A stretch of DNA of 64,000 nt from Candidatus Omnitrophota bacterium (lineage in GTDB: Bacteria; Omnitrophota; Omnitrophia; Omnitrophales; Aquincolibacteriaceae): positions 231,430 through 295,429 of the forward strand of contig CAIOAT010000013.1 of the NCBI GenBank assembly GCA_903856085.1, read 5' to 3'. The position numbers were made by a program, and so were the translations under genes. Each line of letters begins with the position of its first letter. Within the stretch, counting starts at the first letter, position 1. Under the pieces are notes generated by a model, which was given only the letters and a program-made list of their open reading frames with translations, had not been told where the DNA came from and made no database searches. Positions 19,512-30,058 of this stretch are shown here, piece by piece.

Positions 19512-20513
19512 CTACTTTTGTCTGTAATAGCGCCTTGCGGCCCGCGCATCCTTCTGGATCTGAATTTTAAGAGCTCCTTCTGTTTGAAACTTCTCCTCCG
19601 GACGAAGAAAGCGGTGGAGAGCAATCTCCATCATCTCGCCGTAAACTTGTCCTTTAAAATTCAGCAGGTGGAGCTCAAGCACCGGCCGCGGGGTTTCCTC
19701 CTTGGGATAGGTCGGACGTTTCCCAAAATTCATGACGCCGGGAAGCCAATGCCCCGTGCCACGGACCACACGCCATGCTCCACGAGTTTGTTTTGAGTTT
19801 TCACGTTGTCCGCAAGATAAGAATCTCGCCGAAGCAATATAAACACCCAGTGGCAGCAAAATCTCGGAATGGACTTCGAGATTCGCGGTCGGAAACCCGA
19901 TATGAAGGCCGTGACCTTTCCCTTTGATCACTTTGCCAAACATGCTGAAAGGCCGGCCAAGACATTGCCCTGCTTTCTCGACCTCCCCTTTCGCAAGCAG
20001 TTCACGGACTCGGGAACTTGAAACGGGTCTTCTGCCAATCATGACAGGTTTCATTTTTCTGAAAAGAAAACCGTTGGATCCGGCGAGTTGCTCCATCAAG
20101 CCCGTGTCCCCTTCCCGGCCACGACCGAAATGGGCATCATGCCCCATGCATATCTCGCGAATATGAAGTTTTTTCACGAGGACCTTTTCTGCAAAATCCC
20201 GTGGCGTCATTTTTGCGAAATCCGGCGTGAAGGACTGCAGGAAACAAAGATCCATCCCGGCTTGCGCCAGATAAAAAAGTTTCTGCTCGATACTCGTGAG
20301 CATCATAGGTTTACGTTCCGGATGAAGTATGCTATGCGGGTGCTGAGGAAACGTCAGGACCGCGGCAAGCGCATGCTGTCGTCTCGCCTGCTGGGCCACA
20401 TAACGCAGAAGCTTTTGATGGCCTAGATGGAACCCATCGAAATTCCCAAGCGCCAGGATGATGGGCCGGGATGAACGGGGTTTATATTCTTGAAGATCCG
20501 GAATGATCTGCAT
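19512..20513 (-). CDS. ribF: Bifunctional riboflavin kinase/FAD synthetase
   Basis: GNFDGFHLGH, SSSRVR, GFPTAN, NFGKRPT motifs. Confidence 0.96.
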   Translation of the reverse strand: MQIIPDLQEYKPRSSRPIILALGNFDGFHLGHQKLLRYVAQQARRQHALAAVLTFPQHPHSILHPERKPMMLTSIEQKLFYLAQAGMDLCFLQSFTPDFAKMTPRDFAEKVLVKKLHIREICMGHDAHFGRGREGDTGLMEQLAGSNGFLFRKMKPVMIGRRPVSSSRVRELLAKGEVEKAGQCLGRPFSMFGKVIKGKGHGLHIGFPTANLEVHSEILLPLGVYIASARFLSCGQRENSKQTRGAWRVVRGTGHWLPGVMNFGKRPTYPKEETPRPVLELHLLNFKGQVYGEMMEIALHRFLRPEEKFQTEGALKIQIQKDARAARRYYRQK

Positions 20514-21225
20514 GGAGTAACGTGGCGCTTAGGGGTATCACTTTTTCGCGAAGTTGAGCCGGGGTAAAGTTCTTCAAGTCTTCGATCGTAACGCTCTGTT
20601 CCAGCTTGAAAGTGCCGCTCCGACGACGGCGCAGACGCGCCATTGTCGCATAACAGCCCAGAGACTCGCCCAGATCGTTCACCAGAGTGCGGACATAGGT
20701 GCCTTTGGATACATACGCCAAAAATTCTACGAACTTCCCTTCTTTTTTCTCAAAACGAAATTCATGCACCGTAACCGGTCGGCCGTCACGCGGCACGGTC
20801 TTGCCTTGACGCGCGAGTTTGTAAAGCCGTGTCCCTTCATGTTTGAGGGCCGAAACCATCGGGGGCACTTGAATGATGTCGCCGGTGAACTCGGTTGCCG
20901 CCTTGGCACGAATTTCTTCGATCGTAATGTGCTCCCAAGGTGCTTCTGCGGTTACCTTTCCGTGCCGATCGTGAGAATCGGTCTGAATGCCAAGTTCCAA
21001 CGCTCCAAAATATTCCTTATCGCAGGCGCTAAGCTGCATGGAATTCTTGGTCGCCTTGCCAAGGAGAAGCACCAAAAGCCCTGTGGCAAGAGGGTCAAGG
21101 GTCCCGGCATGCCCCACTTTTTTAATCCCAAAACGACGGCGCACGAACGCGCACACGTCATGCGAGGTCCAGTTCTCAGGTTTGTCGACAAGCAGAACGC
21201 CGTCGATGAAATTCACATCCATCAT
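20482..21225 (-). CDS. truB: tRNA pseudouridine(55) synthase TruB
   Basis: DKPENWTSHD, KVGHAGTLDPLATG, SKGTYVRTL motifs. Confidence 0.97.
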   Translation of the reverse strand: MMDVNFIDGVLLVDKPENWTSHDVCAFVRRRFGIKKVGHAGTLDPLATGLLVLLLGKATKNSMQLSACDKEYFGALELGIQTDSHDRHGKVTAEAPWEHITIEEIRAKAATEFTGDIIQVPPMVSALKHEGTRLYKLARQGKTVPRDGRPVTVHEFRFEKKEGKFVEFLAYVSKGTYVRTLVNDLGESLGCYATMARLRRRRSGTFKLEQSVTIEDLKNFTPAQLREKVIPLSATLLHADHSGSSRI

Positions 21226-21303
21226 GCGGTCCTTGTTGTTTGTTTTATTTTTTGAAGATCCGGCAAGGGCTGGGCTGATAACCCTCCATGGAAAACATCA
21301 AAA

Positions 21304-21660
21304 TCAGCCCGCCTGGTCCTTTTCTTCAATCTTGCGAATGACCTGCCCTATTTCAAAATCCTTGTCGAGCGAATCGTCCAACTCGAATTGAAGCTTCGGC
21401 GTGTAACGCATCTTGATCGCCACACCCACCTCATGCTGAAGAAAACCGGCCGCACGCTCAAGGACCTTGAGCGTTTCTTCTTTCTTCTTTTTGTCTCCCA
21501 TAACGCTTATGAACACCACAGCCGATTTGAGATCCGGGGTGATCTTCACGTGCATGACGGTCACAAAACCCAGACGTGGGTCCTTGATCCGTTCGAGGAT
21601 AAGACTGCCAAGCTCCATCTGAAGGAGCGACGCCACACGTTCGGTCCGTTTCCCTTGCAT
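21304..21660 (-). CDS. rbfA: Ribosome-binding factor A
   Basis: IKDPRLGFVTV...TPDL...MRYTPKLQFELD. Confidence 0.96.
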   Translation of the reverse strand: MQGKRTERVASLLQMELGSLILERIKDPRLGFVTVMHVKITPDLKSAVVFISVMGDKKKKEETLKVLERAAGFLQHEVGVAIKMRYTPKLQFELDDSLDKDFEIGQVIRKIEEKDQAG

Positions 21661-21827
21661 AAAGCACCTCTTAATTAAAAAGGCGTTACTGAAAGCGCCA
21701 GAACCAGAGCCCGGCCTCCTCCATCAGCAACGCCTCCTCAATACTGTTTCTATTGGAATGTTATGGATCAACGACACCCGCACCTCTAATTCATCATTTC
21801 TCTTTTGAATCGGTGCTGGATCGATGA

Positions 21828-24038
21828 TTATAATTTCGCGGCAAACTTATCCATGCGATAGGATTCCAACATATCCCCTTCATGGAGGTCATTGAAACCT
21901 TCAAGGGCAACCCCGCATTCATAACCCTCCGCAACTTCTTTGACGTCGTCTTTGAAACGCTTGAGGGACGAAAGTTTCCCGTCAAAAATCACGACGTTAT
22001 CGCGCACAAGCCTCACGCGATGTTGTCGCGCTATGCGGCCCTTCATCACAATCGCACCGCCAATATTCCCGACCCTGGAAGACTTGAAGATCTGGCGGAC
22101 TTTGGTTTTACCTTCCACGACTTCCTTGAGCTCCGGCTCCAGAATACCTTCCATGGCCTTGCGGATTTTTTCAACCGCGTCATAAATGATGCTGTAAAAA
22201 CGGATGTCCACGCCTTCCTTCTCAGCCAAGGCCTGAGCCTTCGGATCAGCTTTCACATGAAAACCGATGATGATCGCATCGGAGGCCGCGGCAAGCATCA
22301 CGTCCGATTCGTTGATCCCACCGACAATGCCATGGATCACGTGAAGTCGACATTTTTCTGAGCTGATCTTATCAAGCGACTGGGTAAGCGCCTCGATGGA
22401 ACCTTGCATATCTCCTTTGAGGATGATCTTAAGCTCCTTGAAATTCCCCTCCGAAAGTTTGGAGTAGAGGCTTTCAAGCGACATGTGTTTCGGGGTCCCA
22501 CGCATCTGGCGCTCGCGGAGTTCGAGGATCTTCTGCTCGGTAATCGTTTGGGCCGTCTTCTCATCCGCCACGGCATAAACCGTCTCTCCCGCTTCGGGCA
22601 CGCCGTTCAAACCAGAGAGCTCCACCGCATAGGCGGGTCCGGCCTCACGCACTGTTTTGGCGCGATCATTTTTCATAGCGCGAACGCGCCCTGTATAGGG
22701 CCCTGCCACCACAATATCGCCAAGCTTTAAGGTCCCTTTTTGTACAATCACGCTCGCCACAGGGCCGCTTCCTTTGGAAATATGACTCTCAATCACAACG
22801 CCCACGGCCAAACGATCGGGGTTCGCTTTCAGCTCAAGAACCTCGGCCTCCAGAAGTAGCATCCCCAGAAGATCTTCGATGCCTTTACCGGTCTTTGCAG
22901 AAACTTTCACAACAATCGTTTTGCCACCCCATTCTTCAGGCACGAGTCCGATCTTTTGAAGCTCGCCCATCACCTTTGCGGGATTGGCGATCGGGAGATC
23001 GATCTTGTTCATAGCCACAACGATCGGACAACCGGCTTCCCGCGCGTGGTCAATGGCCTCAATCGTCTGCGGCATCACGCCGTCATCGGCGGCCACCACG
23101 AGCACGACCACGTCCGTCACGTTTGCGCCGCGGGCACGCATGGCCGTAAAAGCCTCATGGCCCGGCGTATCCAGAAATGTCACGTGTCCTTTGCCGGGGA
23201 TATCAACGCCATAAGCACCGATATGCTGAGTGATAAAACCTTTTTCCTTGGACGCCACGTTGGTGTTTCGAATCGCATCCAAAAGTGACGTTTTCCCATG
23301 GTCGACGTGCCCCATCATGGTGACGACCGGCGGCCGCGGCTTCAGTTTAGAAGCGTCCTGGTCTTCAGCGCCTCCACTTTCGATGATCGCCTTGGCTTCG
23401 TCCGCCATTTTTTTAATTTCGATCCCGAGCGCTTCTCCAGCCGCGTAAACGATCTCTTCATTCAAGAGTTGGTTCACGTTCGCAAAAATCCCGATCCCCA
23501 TGAGAGCCTTGATGACTTCCGGAATCCTTCGACTCATCTTCTGTGCTAAATCCCCAACCGTAATCGGAAAGCGAATCGCAACAACGGGTTTTGCGGGAGG
23601 CGGCGGAATGACCGGCTTTGGAATTTCAGGAACAACGGCCTTGGGAGCTTCTGGAGCTTTGTGTTCCGCGGGCTTTGGCTCAGCCTTCTTTTCAGCAACG
23701 GTAACAACCGGAGGCAATTTTTTTTCAACGGTCGGAACAGCCGCTTTTTGAATAACCGCGACTACCGGTTTTACCACCGGGGCCTTTACTTCCACGGCAG
23801 GCTTTATTTCCACAATCGGTTTTGATTCGACGGCCGCTTTTTTCTCAGGGGCCTTAACTTCTCCGGAAGGTTTTTTAGAGGCTGCGGTCTTGACGACGGA
23901 TTTTTTCTCTTTAACTACTTTTGTTTCGGCAGTTTTTGTAGCGACTTTTTCGTGCGTTGCTTTTTTCTCGACGGGGATTTTTGCGGCTTTCTTGATGGTT
24001 TCTTTTTTCTCTTTCACTTTCTCTTTCTTTTCAACCAT
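21828..24038 (-). CDS. infB: Translation initiation factor IF-2
   Basis: [27 protein letters not shown]; start placed at MVEKK, just after the nusA stop. Confidence 0.97.
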   Translation of the reverse strand: MVEKKEKVKEKKETIKKAAKIPVEKKATHEKVATKTAETKVVKEKKSVVKTAASKKPSGEVKAPEKKAAVESKPIVEIKPAVEVKAPVVKPVVAVIQKAAVPTVEKKLPPVVTVAEKKAEPKPAEHKAPEAPKAVVPEIPKPVIPPPPAKPVVAIRFPITVGDLAQKMSRRIPEVIKALMGIGIFANVNQLLNEEIVYAAGEALGIEIKKMADEAKAIIESGGAEDQDASKLKPRPPVVTMMGHVDHGKTSLLDAIRNTNVASKEKGFITQHIGAYGVDIPGKGHVTFLDTPGHEAFTAMRARGANVTDVVVLVVAADDGVMPQTIEAIDHAREAGCPIVVAMNKIDLPIANPAKVMGELQKIGLVPEEWGGKTIVVKVSAKTGKGIEDLLGMLLLEAEVLELKANPDRLAVGVVIESHISKGSGPVASVIVQKGTLKLGDIVVAGPYTGRVRAMKNDRAKTVREAGPAYAVELSGLNGVPEAGETVYAVADEKTAQTITEQKILELRERQMRGTPKHMSLESLYSKLSEGNFKELKIILKGDMQGSIEALTQSLDKISSEKCRLHVIHGIVGGINESDVMLAAASDAIIIGFHVKADPKAQALAEKEGVDIRFYSIIYDAVEKIRKAMEGILEPELKEVVEGKTKVRQIFKSSRVGNIGGAIVMKGRIARQHRVRLVRDNVVIFDGKLSSLKRFKDDVKEVAEGYECGVALEGFNDLHEGDMLESYRMDKFAAKL

Positions 24039-24039
24039 G

Positions 24040-25284
24040 TTACCCACCCGCCTCTTCCCGCCCCTTTTCAGCATCAGGAGCCTTCTCTTCCGTTTCTTCT
24101 TCCGCGGCACCCGCCTCAATCACCTCCGCAGGAACCGCACTCTCGACAACCTTATTCTTCGCATTTTTTTTGGTTGCAGCTTCCTTGGCCGACGCGAGAA
24201 TCTTTTCGGCTGTCTTGAGACCAATGCCCGGGATCTCGGAAAGCTCTTCGACTGTTTTTTTAAGAAGCTCTCTGAGCCCCTGGATCCCCGCTTCCTTGAG
24301 GATCTCCTCCGTTTTTTCTCCAACTCCGTCCAATGCCCCGAGAGGAATTTTTTGCGTAGCGCTACGCACGTCAAGTTCCCAGCCGATCAATTTTGACGCA
24401 AGGCGCACATTCTGCCCTTTTTTCCCGATCGCAAGCGACAATTGATCGTCTTCGACCAGAATTTCGGCGCTTTGCCGATCTGGATTGAGCGTGATCTTTT
24501 TTAGTTCGGCCGGCGCCATGGCGTTCTTGATGTAGGTCTCGATGTCGTCGCTGTAACGGATGATATCGATCTTTTCACCCCCGAGCTCGCGCACAATACT
24601 TTTGACGCGCTGCCCCCGGACACCCACACAAGAGCCAACGCTATCGATCTTTTCATCGGAAGAAGTCACGGCGATCTTGGTGCGAGACCCCGCCTCACGC
24701 GCTACGGCCTTGACCTTCACGAGCCCGTCATGGATCTCCGGCACTTCCATTTCAAAAAATTGTGTCACAAGGTCCGGATGCGTTCTTGATAAAATGACCT
24801 CCGGTCCTTTGGAAGTCTTTTTAACTTCCATCACATACGCGCGCACCACATTTCCCTGACGGAAACTGTCAAGCGGCGATTGTTCACGCGCGGGCAAAAT
24901 ACCTTCGGTCTTTCCAAAATCCACGATGATGGCCTTGGACTCAATGCGATGAACACTGCCGGAAACGATATCGCCCTGCTTATGGCTATACTCTTCAAAA
25001 ATGGATTCGCGCTCGGCTTCGCGGATCTTCTGAATGATGACTTGTTTGGCGGTCTGCGCGGCAATGCGACCGAAACGAGGATCGTGGATCTCTTTACCGT
25101 CGAGAAACATGGTGATACGAAAGGTCTTGGGATCGATCTGAACGTCAAAGGCATCTCCCTTTTCAGGCGAGCCCTTGCGACAGGCGGAGATCAGGGCGTG
25201 ACGAAGCGCATCCAAGAGGACCTCTTTGGTGATCCCCTTCTCCTTCTCTATGTATTCCAGTGAAGCCAGCAAATCTTGTGACAT
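24040..25284 (-). CDS. nusA: Transcription termination/antitermination factor NusA
   Basis: FGRIAAQTAKQVI, AREAGSRTKIAV, LAIGKKGQNVRLA; C-terminal HhH. Confidence 0.97.
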   Translation of the reverse strand: MSQDLLASLEYIEKEKGITKEVLLDALRHALISACRKGSPEKGDAFDVQIDPKTFRITMFLDGKEIHDPRFGRIAAQTAKQVIIQKIREAERESIFEEYSHKQGDIVSGSVHRIESKAIIVDFGKTEGILPAREQSPLDSFRQGNVVRAYVMEVKKTSKGPEVILSRTHPDLVTQFFEMEVPEIHDGLVKVKAVAREAGSRTKIAVTSSDEKIDSVGSCVGVRGQRVKSIVRELGGEKIDIIRYSDDIETYIKNAMAPAELKKITLNPDRQSAEILVEDDQLSLAIGKKGQNVRLASKLIGWELDVRSATQKIPLGALDGVGEKTEEILKEAGIQGLRELLKKTVEELSEIPGIGLKTAEKILASAKEAATKKNAKNKVVESAVPAEVIEAGAAEEETEEKAPDAEKGREEAGG

Positions 25285-25313
25285 TTTGTCCCTGCTCTCC
25301 TCGGTATTTTGAG

Positions 25314-25347
25314 AAAAAAAAGAAGTGGGTTTGTGCGCCCACTTCTT
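25314..25347 (-). terminator. Leader terminator/attenuator upstream of nusA
   Basis: - strand AAGAAGTGGG-cgcacaaa-CCCACTTCTT followed by a T-run, between the promoter and the nusA start. Confidence 0.65.
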
Positions 25348-25371
25348 CGCATTCCCAAAATTGATGGACGT

Positions 25372-25399
25372 ATTATATGAAGAATCCCGCGAAAGTCAA
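25372..25399 (-). promoter_or_regulatory. Sigma70-type promoter of the nusA-infB operon
   Basis: TTGACT-N16-TATAAT on the - strand. Confidence 0.6.
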
Positions 25400-25507
25400 C
25401 GAGAGTATGTTGGACCCTCCTTGAGGGGGAAGAGATCAAACGAAGGCTTTTTTTATTCTAACTCTTTGTCAGAAAAAGAGTTACGTGTAAATATTTTTTG
25501 ACAGGTG

Positions 25508-26410
25508 CTAAGAATTTTGATTCGGAGGAATCCGCCAGCGACGATGGGCCCAAAGCCAGTCGCCGGGCCGTTTTCGTATCTCTTCCTCGATCTTCGCAAC
25601 ATACTGCTGGGTATTGGCCAAAAGGTCTGCCTGAAGGTCCCCGGTCCTGATCAGCGGAAACAACGGACCATATTTAATTTTCGAATAACCATTCTCGTCG
25701 CGATAAAAGAACGCCGGCAGCACCGGATATTCATATTTAAGAGCAAGCATCGCAGGCAGCATACTCGTAGCGGCTTTACGTCCAAAAAAATCCACACGCA
25801 CCGACCCCCGACTTTCATGCTGGTCGATAAGCACCGCAAGGATCCCTCGCTGCTTGAGCACCTCGATGGAAGATCGCACGGCGCCTGACTTCTCGATATT
25901 GGTCAGATTCGCCGCTTCGCGCATTTCCTGAATATAACGGTAAAGATAAGGATTCTTCAACGGACGGCCCACCGCGTGCACATGAAGCCCGTATTTTTTA
26001 ATGGGGATCGCAAGCCACTCCCAATTTCCAAAATGCGAAACGATCGCGATAAAACCGCCTTTTTTATCCACGGCTTCCATAAGCGCCGTCACCTCGGGCG
26101 GCTCGATATAGCGCTCGGGATTGGCAGACGCTTCAGGCGTGCGAATAAATTCGACGGCAAGCTTGCAGAGGTTCTGTATCGATTGCTCAGCGATCCGGAG
26201 AAGCTCGGATTCTTTTTTTCCATCTCCAAACGCAAGCCGAAGATTTTTCATCATAGTTTCGCGCCGAATGCCAAGCACCCTGACAGCGAACACTCCGAGG
26301 GCATCCGCAATCCTGTAACTTATCCGAAGCGGAATGAGACGGAGGAGAAATGCCAAAAGCCTGAAGGCGGCATATTCGAGGAGGTAACAGATTTTTTGAA
26401 TAGGAGTCAT
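25508..26410 (-). CDS. Lipid A biosynthesis acyltransferase (LpxL/HtrB family)
   Basis: SHFGNWE, LIDQH, VDFFG, WLWAHRRW motifs. Confidence 0.9.
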   Translation of the reverse strand: MTPIQKICYLLEYAAFRLLAFLLRLIPLRISYRIADALGVFAVRVLGIRRETMMKNLRLAFGDGKKESELLRIAEQSIQNLCKLAVEFIRTPEASANPERYIEPPEVTALMEAVDKKGGFIAIVSHFGNWEWLAIPIKKYGLHVHAVGRPLKNPYLYRYIQEMREAANLTNIEKSGAVRSSIEVLKQRGILAVLIDQHESRGSVRVDFFGRKAATSMLPAMLALKYEYPVLPAFFYRDENGYSKIKYGPLFPLIRTGDLQADLLANTQQYVAKIEEEIRKRPGDWLWAHRRWRIPPNQNS

Positions 26411-26570
26411 AAGAAGAATTATATTGTTAGGAGCGCCCTAAACTACATCGGAGTCAGAACTGCGTTTCGATCTTCGTTCGGCGCTTTCTTCTCGCGACTC
26501 AAAAAGAGTGCGGTCGCCGTACAAGGTTTTCCTTAAAAAGTGACGGCGCCGTGTTGATTCATTAGAAATC

Positions 26571-26641
26571 AGCGGGCAGCGGGAATCGAACCCGCATGAC
26601 TAGCTTGGAAGGCTAGGACATTACCATTATGCTATGCCCGC
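26571..26641 (-). tRNA. tRNA-Gly(TCC)
   Basis: GCGGGCATAGCATAATGGTAATG-CTAGC-CTTCCAA-GCTAG...GGTTCGATTCCCGCTGCCCGCT; CCA not encoded. Confidence 0.96.
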
Positions 26642-26805
26642 ATGTTGGACGCACGAAACGGGAGTCATTCTAATCAAGAAAAGCGATGCTAGCAACTCTC
26701 TTTAGCTTGCTAATGTAAACTAAAGCTTTGCGACAAAAGTCTTAAAGACGTATCGCGTGAGTCTGGAGTCTGCTCAGACTTTTGTTTGCATTTACTGACT
26801 GGCAA

Positions 26806-27657
26806 TCAGGATTGCCCTGCTTTCCGCTCGGCGCCAATGGATGGAGACTGTGTCCGCGGATCCCCGATCCTCTCCGGCTGGTACATCCATCTTGTGAAAA
26901 ACACGGTGAGACGCCGTGGACCCAACCTCTCGGCGTAAATCATGAGTTTGTTCCAAAAGCCATAGATCGCCGACGGCTGGTTGGTCTTCAAAAATTTTCT
27001 AAGCGCGAATCGCGCGACATCGGCAGCCGACGCGCTAAAAAACATACGCTGTTTATCGATCCCTGCGGTCTGGTGGAAACGCGTCATTGTATTTCCAGGA
27101 CAAAGACAAAAAATACGCACGCCGCGGTTTTGACATTCTCCCCAAAGCGCCTCAGAAAAATTAAGCACGAATGCCTTGGTCGCTGCGTAGACCGAAAGAA
27201 AAGGAAGCGGTTGAAAGCCAGCCGTAGAAGCCACGTTCAAAACTCCCCCTGTTTTTCTTTCTAACATCGACGGAAGAAAAAGCCTCGTCAAATGCGTCAG
27301 GGCATGAATGTTCAGGTCTAGCATAGCGCCCGTATCTTCAAAACTCGCCGCTTCAAAGGAGCCGTAATGCGCGAGACCGGCGTTATTCACAAGGACGTCC
27401 ACGGTAATCCCGCTTTTCTGGATCCATGCAAAAAGTTCCAGGCGATCTTCTAGACACGCCAGATCCTCGGGAAAAACGTGCACGTTCACGCCAAAACGTG
27501 TCCTGAGATCTTCCGCTTCCTGTTCCAATCGTTGGGCATTGCGCGAGACAAGGACCAGATGGGCACCCTGCAAGGCCAATTCCCGAGCCAGGGCCTTTCC
27601 GATTCCGGAGGAGGCGCCCGTGACAAGCGCGGTAATCTTCTTAAAGGATCGCATCAT
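26806..27657 (-). CDS. SDR family oxidoreductase
   Basis: TGASSGIG, NNAG, YAATK motifs. Confidence 0.92.
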   Translation of the reverse strand: MMRSFKKITALVTGASSGIGKALARELALQGAHLVLVSRNAQRLEQEAEDLRTRFGVNVHVFPEDLACLEDRLELFAWIQKSGITVDVLVNNAGLAHYGSFEAASFEDTGAMLDLNIHALTHLTRLFLPSMLERKTGGVLNVASTAGFQPLPFLSVYAATKAFVLNFSEALWGECQNRGVRIFCLCPGNTMTRFHQTAGIDKQRMFFSASAADVARFALRKFLKTNQPSAIYGFWNKLMIYAERLGPRRLTVFFTRWMYQPERIGDPRTQSPSIGAERKAGQS

Positions 27658-27662
27658 AATCC

Positions 27663-27767
27663 AATGAAAATCATGGCGCCCAGATTCTCCTTGAGTTGTT
27701 GATCGGAAGCCAGGACAGTCATGATTCCTTATTATGTTCCAATTTAATGAAAATCATGGCGCCCAGA
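27663..27767. repeat. 22-bp direct repeat duplicating the recR 3' end (27663-27684 and 27746-27767)
   Basis: AATGAAAATCATGGCGCCCAGA occurs twice, 83 bp apart. Confidence 0.85.
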
Positions 27768-28346
27768 AAAGGCGCGGGAAAGTGTAGCCTGGTCTGTATA
27801 TTCGATGTGACTGCCGACCGGGATGCCGCGCGCAAGGCGCGTCACTTTCACCTTGGAAGGCGCCAAAACCTTCGCGAGATAGAGCGCGGTCGTATCCCCT
27901 TCGGTGTTGGGGTTTGTCGCAAGAATGATTTCCCGGATTTTTTTTTGCTTTACACGTTCCAGCAGATCTTGAATGCAGATCTGATCCGGTCCGATCCCGT
28001 CCAGCGGCGACAGCGCCCCAAGAAGAACGTGATAGACCCCGGGATGGCTTCCGGTCTTTTCGATCGCTACAACATCCTTGGGATCCTCGACCACACAAAT
28101 AAGACCCTGGTCGCGACCCGGATCCGAACAGACGTGGCAAAGCTTCTGATCCGAAAAATTATGGCAAACACTGCAAAAAACCACGCTCTCGCGAAGTTGT
28201 TTGATGAGCTCCCCGAGCGTGAGAGCTTCTTCTTTTTTCGTTTTTAGGAGATAAAAAACCATGCGCTCGGCCGAACGCTTACCAATCCCTGGCAGTTTAG
28301 AGAGCGCATCGACCAATTTTGTCATTAACTCAGAATAGGCTTTCAT
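27744..28346 (-). CDS. recR: Recombination mediator RecR
   Basis: LPGIGKRSAER, C4 zinc finger, CVVE, Toprim ATNPNTEGDTTA, RLARGIPVG. Confidence 0.97.
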   Translation of the reverse strand: MKAYSELMTKLVDALSKLPGIGKRSAERMVFYLLKTKKEEALTLGELIKQLRESVVFCSVCHNFSDQKLCHVCSDPGRDQGLICVVEDPKDVVAIEKTGSHPGVYHVLLGALSPLDGIGPDQICIQDLLERVKQKKIREIILATNPNTEGDTTALYLAKVLAPSKVKVTRLARGIPVGSHIEYTDQATLSRAFSGRHDFH

Positions 28347-28366
28347 GGCGTGGGCTTTCGGAGAGG

Positions 28367-30058
28367 TCAGTCTTTGCGTATCACTTTGGAACCGTCAAAA
28401 ATCTCAAGGGCCTTCGAAACAATGTCCGGCACGTCTTCATCTTTGGTTGGGGTCCTATCCCCCCCCATGTCCTGAATCGTTCCTTCGCGTTCGGTCACGA
28501 CACATTGAACCCGGACCTTCTTGTTAAGCGCCTGCGCAAACGCTTCTTCAATAACCTGTTTGTTCAACTCCTTTTCGAGCGTTTCTTTATGAAAACGGAA
28601 CTCCGACGGAAGCCCCAGCACGATCACAGAACCTTCCACTTCCGCTGGTTCGGCTTCGGCAAGATAAAGACTCAGGGACATGCGCTTCGCCTTGACAAGC
28701 TCAATCACTTGAGGCCATACCCTCTCGACATCATTGAGCGTTAGGCCTTCTTCGGAAGAAGCTCCGACAGCATGAGATCGTAAAGAAACTTCTGCTTGCG
28801 CCACAACTTTGGGAAGCGCTGTGGCTTTCGTAGCGTTGTAAGAAGGAGTTCCCGCTTCTCTAGCGGCCTCTACTGATTTTTGTGTTTTTTTTTCCACAGC
28901 AGGGATCGCGGAGGCACTCTTTTGTCCGGAGGACGCGTACTGAATGAGATCTTCGACGGATTTCAACCCATCCATATAAACGAGTTTGAGAAGTGCAGCC
29001 TCAAGAAGCAGTTTTGGCGAAGCTACGGGTCGTCGCAGCTGGATCTGAAGGTTCTGCAAGATCGAAAGGGCCAAAAGCAACTCACCTTGCTGGAAATCAA
29101 CTGTTAGCTTTCGCAATTTCACGATCATTTCAGCACTGGCTTCGATCAGCACCTCCGCCTTGGACGCAGTCTTCAGGACCAGGAGATGCCTAAAAACCTC
29201 GAACAGGCCCTTCGCGAATTGTGCAAGATCGGCACCTTCTTCGTAAAGTTTTTTCACGAGTCCGAAAATCTCATCCCCCTTTTTCTCACGGATCGCGGCA
29301 AGCACTGAAACATACATCTCCTCCGGCGCAAGTCCGAGAAGGGTCAGAACATCTTCTTCCTTGATCTTCCCCTCAGAAAAACTTGCAAGCTGATCGAGGA
29401 GGCTTTCCGCATCCCGGAGCGCTCCTTCCGTGGCTTTCGCGATCATAAAAAGCGCGTTCTTCTCACATTTCAATTTTTCCTTCCGCGCGATCTCCTCAAG
29501 CTTTCCCACCGCTTCAAGCACAGAGATCCTTTTAAACTGGAGCCTCTGACAGCGCGACAGGATCGTAAGGGGTACTTTGTGGGATTCCGTCGTGGCAAAA
29601 ATGAATTTCACATGCGCCGGCGGTTCTTCGAGGGTCTTTAAGAGCGCGTTAAAGGCATCGCCGGTCAAGGAATGGACTTCGTCAATAATGTAGATCTTGT
29701 AGCGACCCGCAGAGGGTTTGAATTTCACGTTCTCGCGAAGCGTGCGGATCTCCTCAATGCCGCGATTCGATGCGCCGTCAACTTCGAGAACATCCATGGA
29801 ATTCCCCTGCTCGATCTCTTTGCAGGAAATACATTTACCGCAAGGTTTTTCCGTGGGGCCTTCTTTGCAATTCAAGGCCTTTGCGAGAATGCGCGCGGTC
29901 GAAGTCTTCCCCACGCCACGCGGACCCGAGAAAAGGAAGCTTTGCGGAACGCGTTCCTGGCGGATGGCATTCTTCAAGGTCGTGGTGATAGTTTCCTGCC
30001 CCACGATCTCTTCAAATGTCTGCGGTCTGAATTTCCTAGCGTAGATCAGATATTCCAT
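28367..30058 (-). CDS. dnaX: DNA polymerase III subunit gamma/tau
   Basis: ARKFRPQTF, GPRGVGKTS, IIDEVH, FNALLKTLEEPP, SRCQ motifs. Confidence 0.97.
   Translation of the reverse strand: MEYLIYARKFRPQTFEEIVGQETITTTLKNAIRQERVPQSFLFSGPRGVGKTSTARILAKALNCKEGPTEKPCGKCISCKEIEQGNSMDVLEVDGASNRGIEEIRTLRENVKFKPSAGRYKIYIIDEVHSLTGDAFNALLKTLEEPPAHVKFIFATTESHKVPLTILSRCQRLQFKRISVLEAVGKLEEIARKEKLKCEKNALFMIAKATEGALRDAESLLDQLASFSEGKIKEEDVLTLLGLAPEEMYVSVLAAIREKKGDEIFGLVKKLYEEGADLAQFAKGLFEVFRHLLVLKTASKAEVLIEASAEMIVKLRKLTVDFQQGELLLALSILQNLQIQLRRPVASPKLLLEAALLKLVYMDGLKSVEDLIQYASSGQKSASAIPAVEKKTQKSVEAAREAGTPSYNATKATALPKVVAQAEVSLRSHAVGASSEEGLTLNDVERVWPQVIELVKAKRMSLSLYLAEAEPAEVEGSVIVLGLPSEFRFHKETLEKELNKQVIEEAFAQALNKKVRVQCVVTEREGTIQDMGGDRTPTKDEDVPDIVSKALEIFDGSKVIRKD

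Noticed and set aside
27663-27767. Mini CRISPR array
   Set aside because: Only two 22-bp copies, one inside the recR coding sequence, a 61-bp spacer, and no cas genes.
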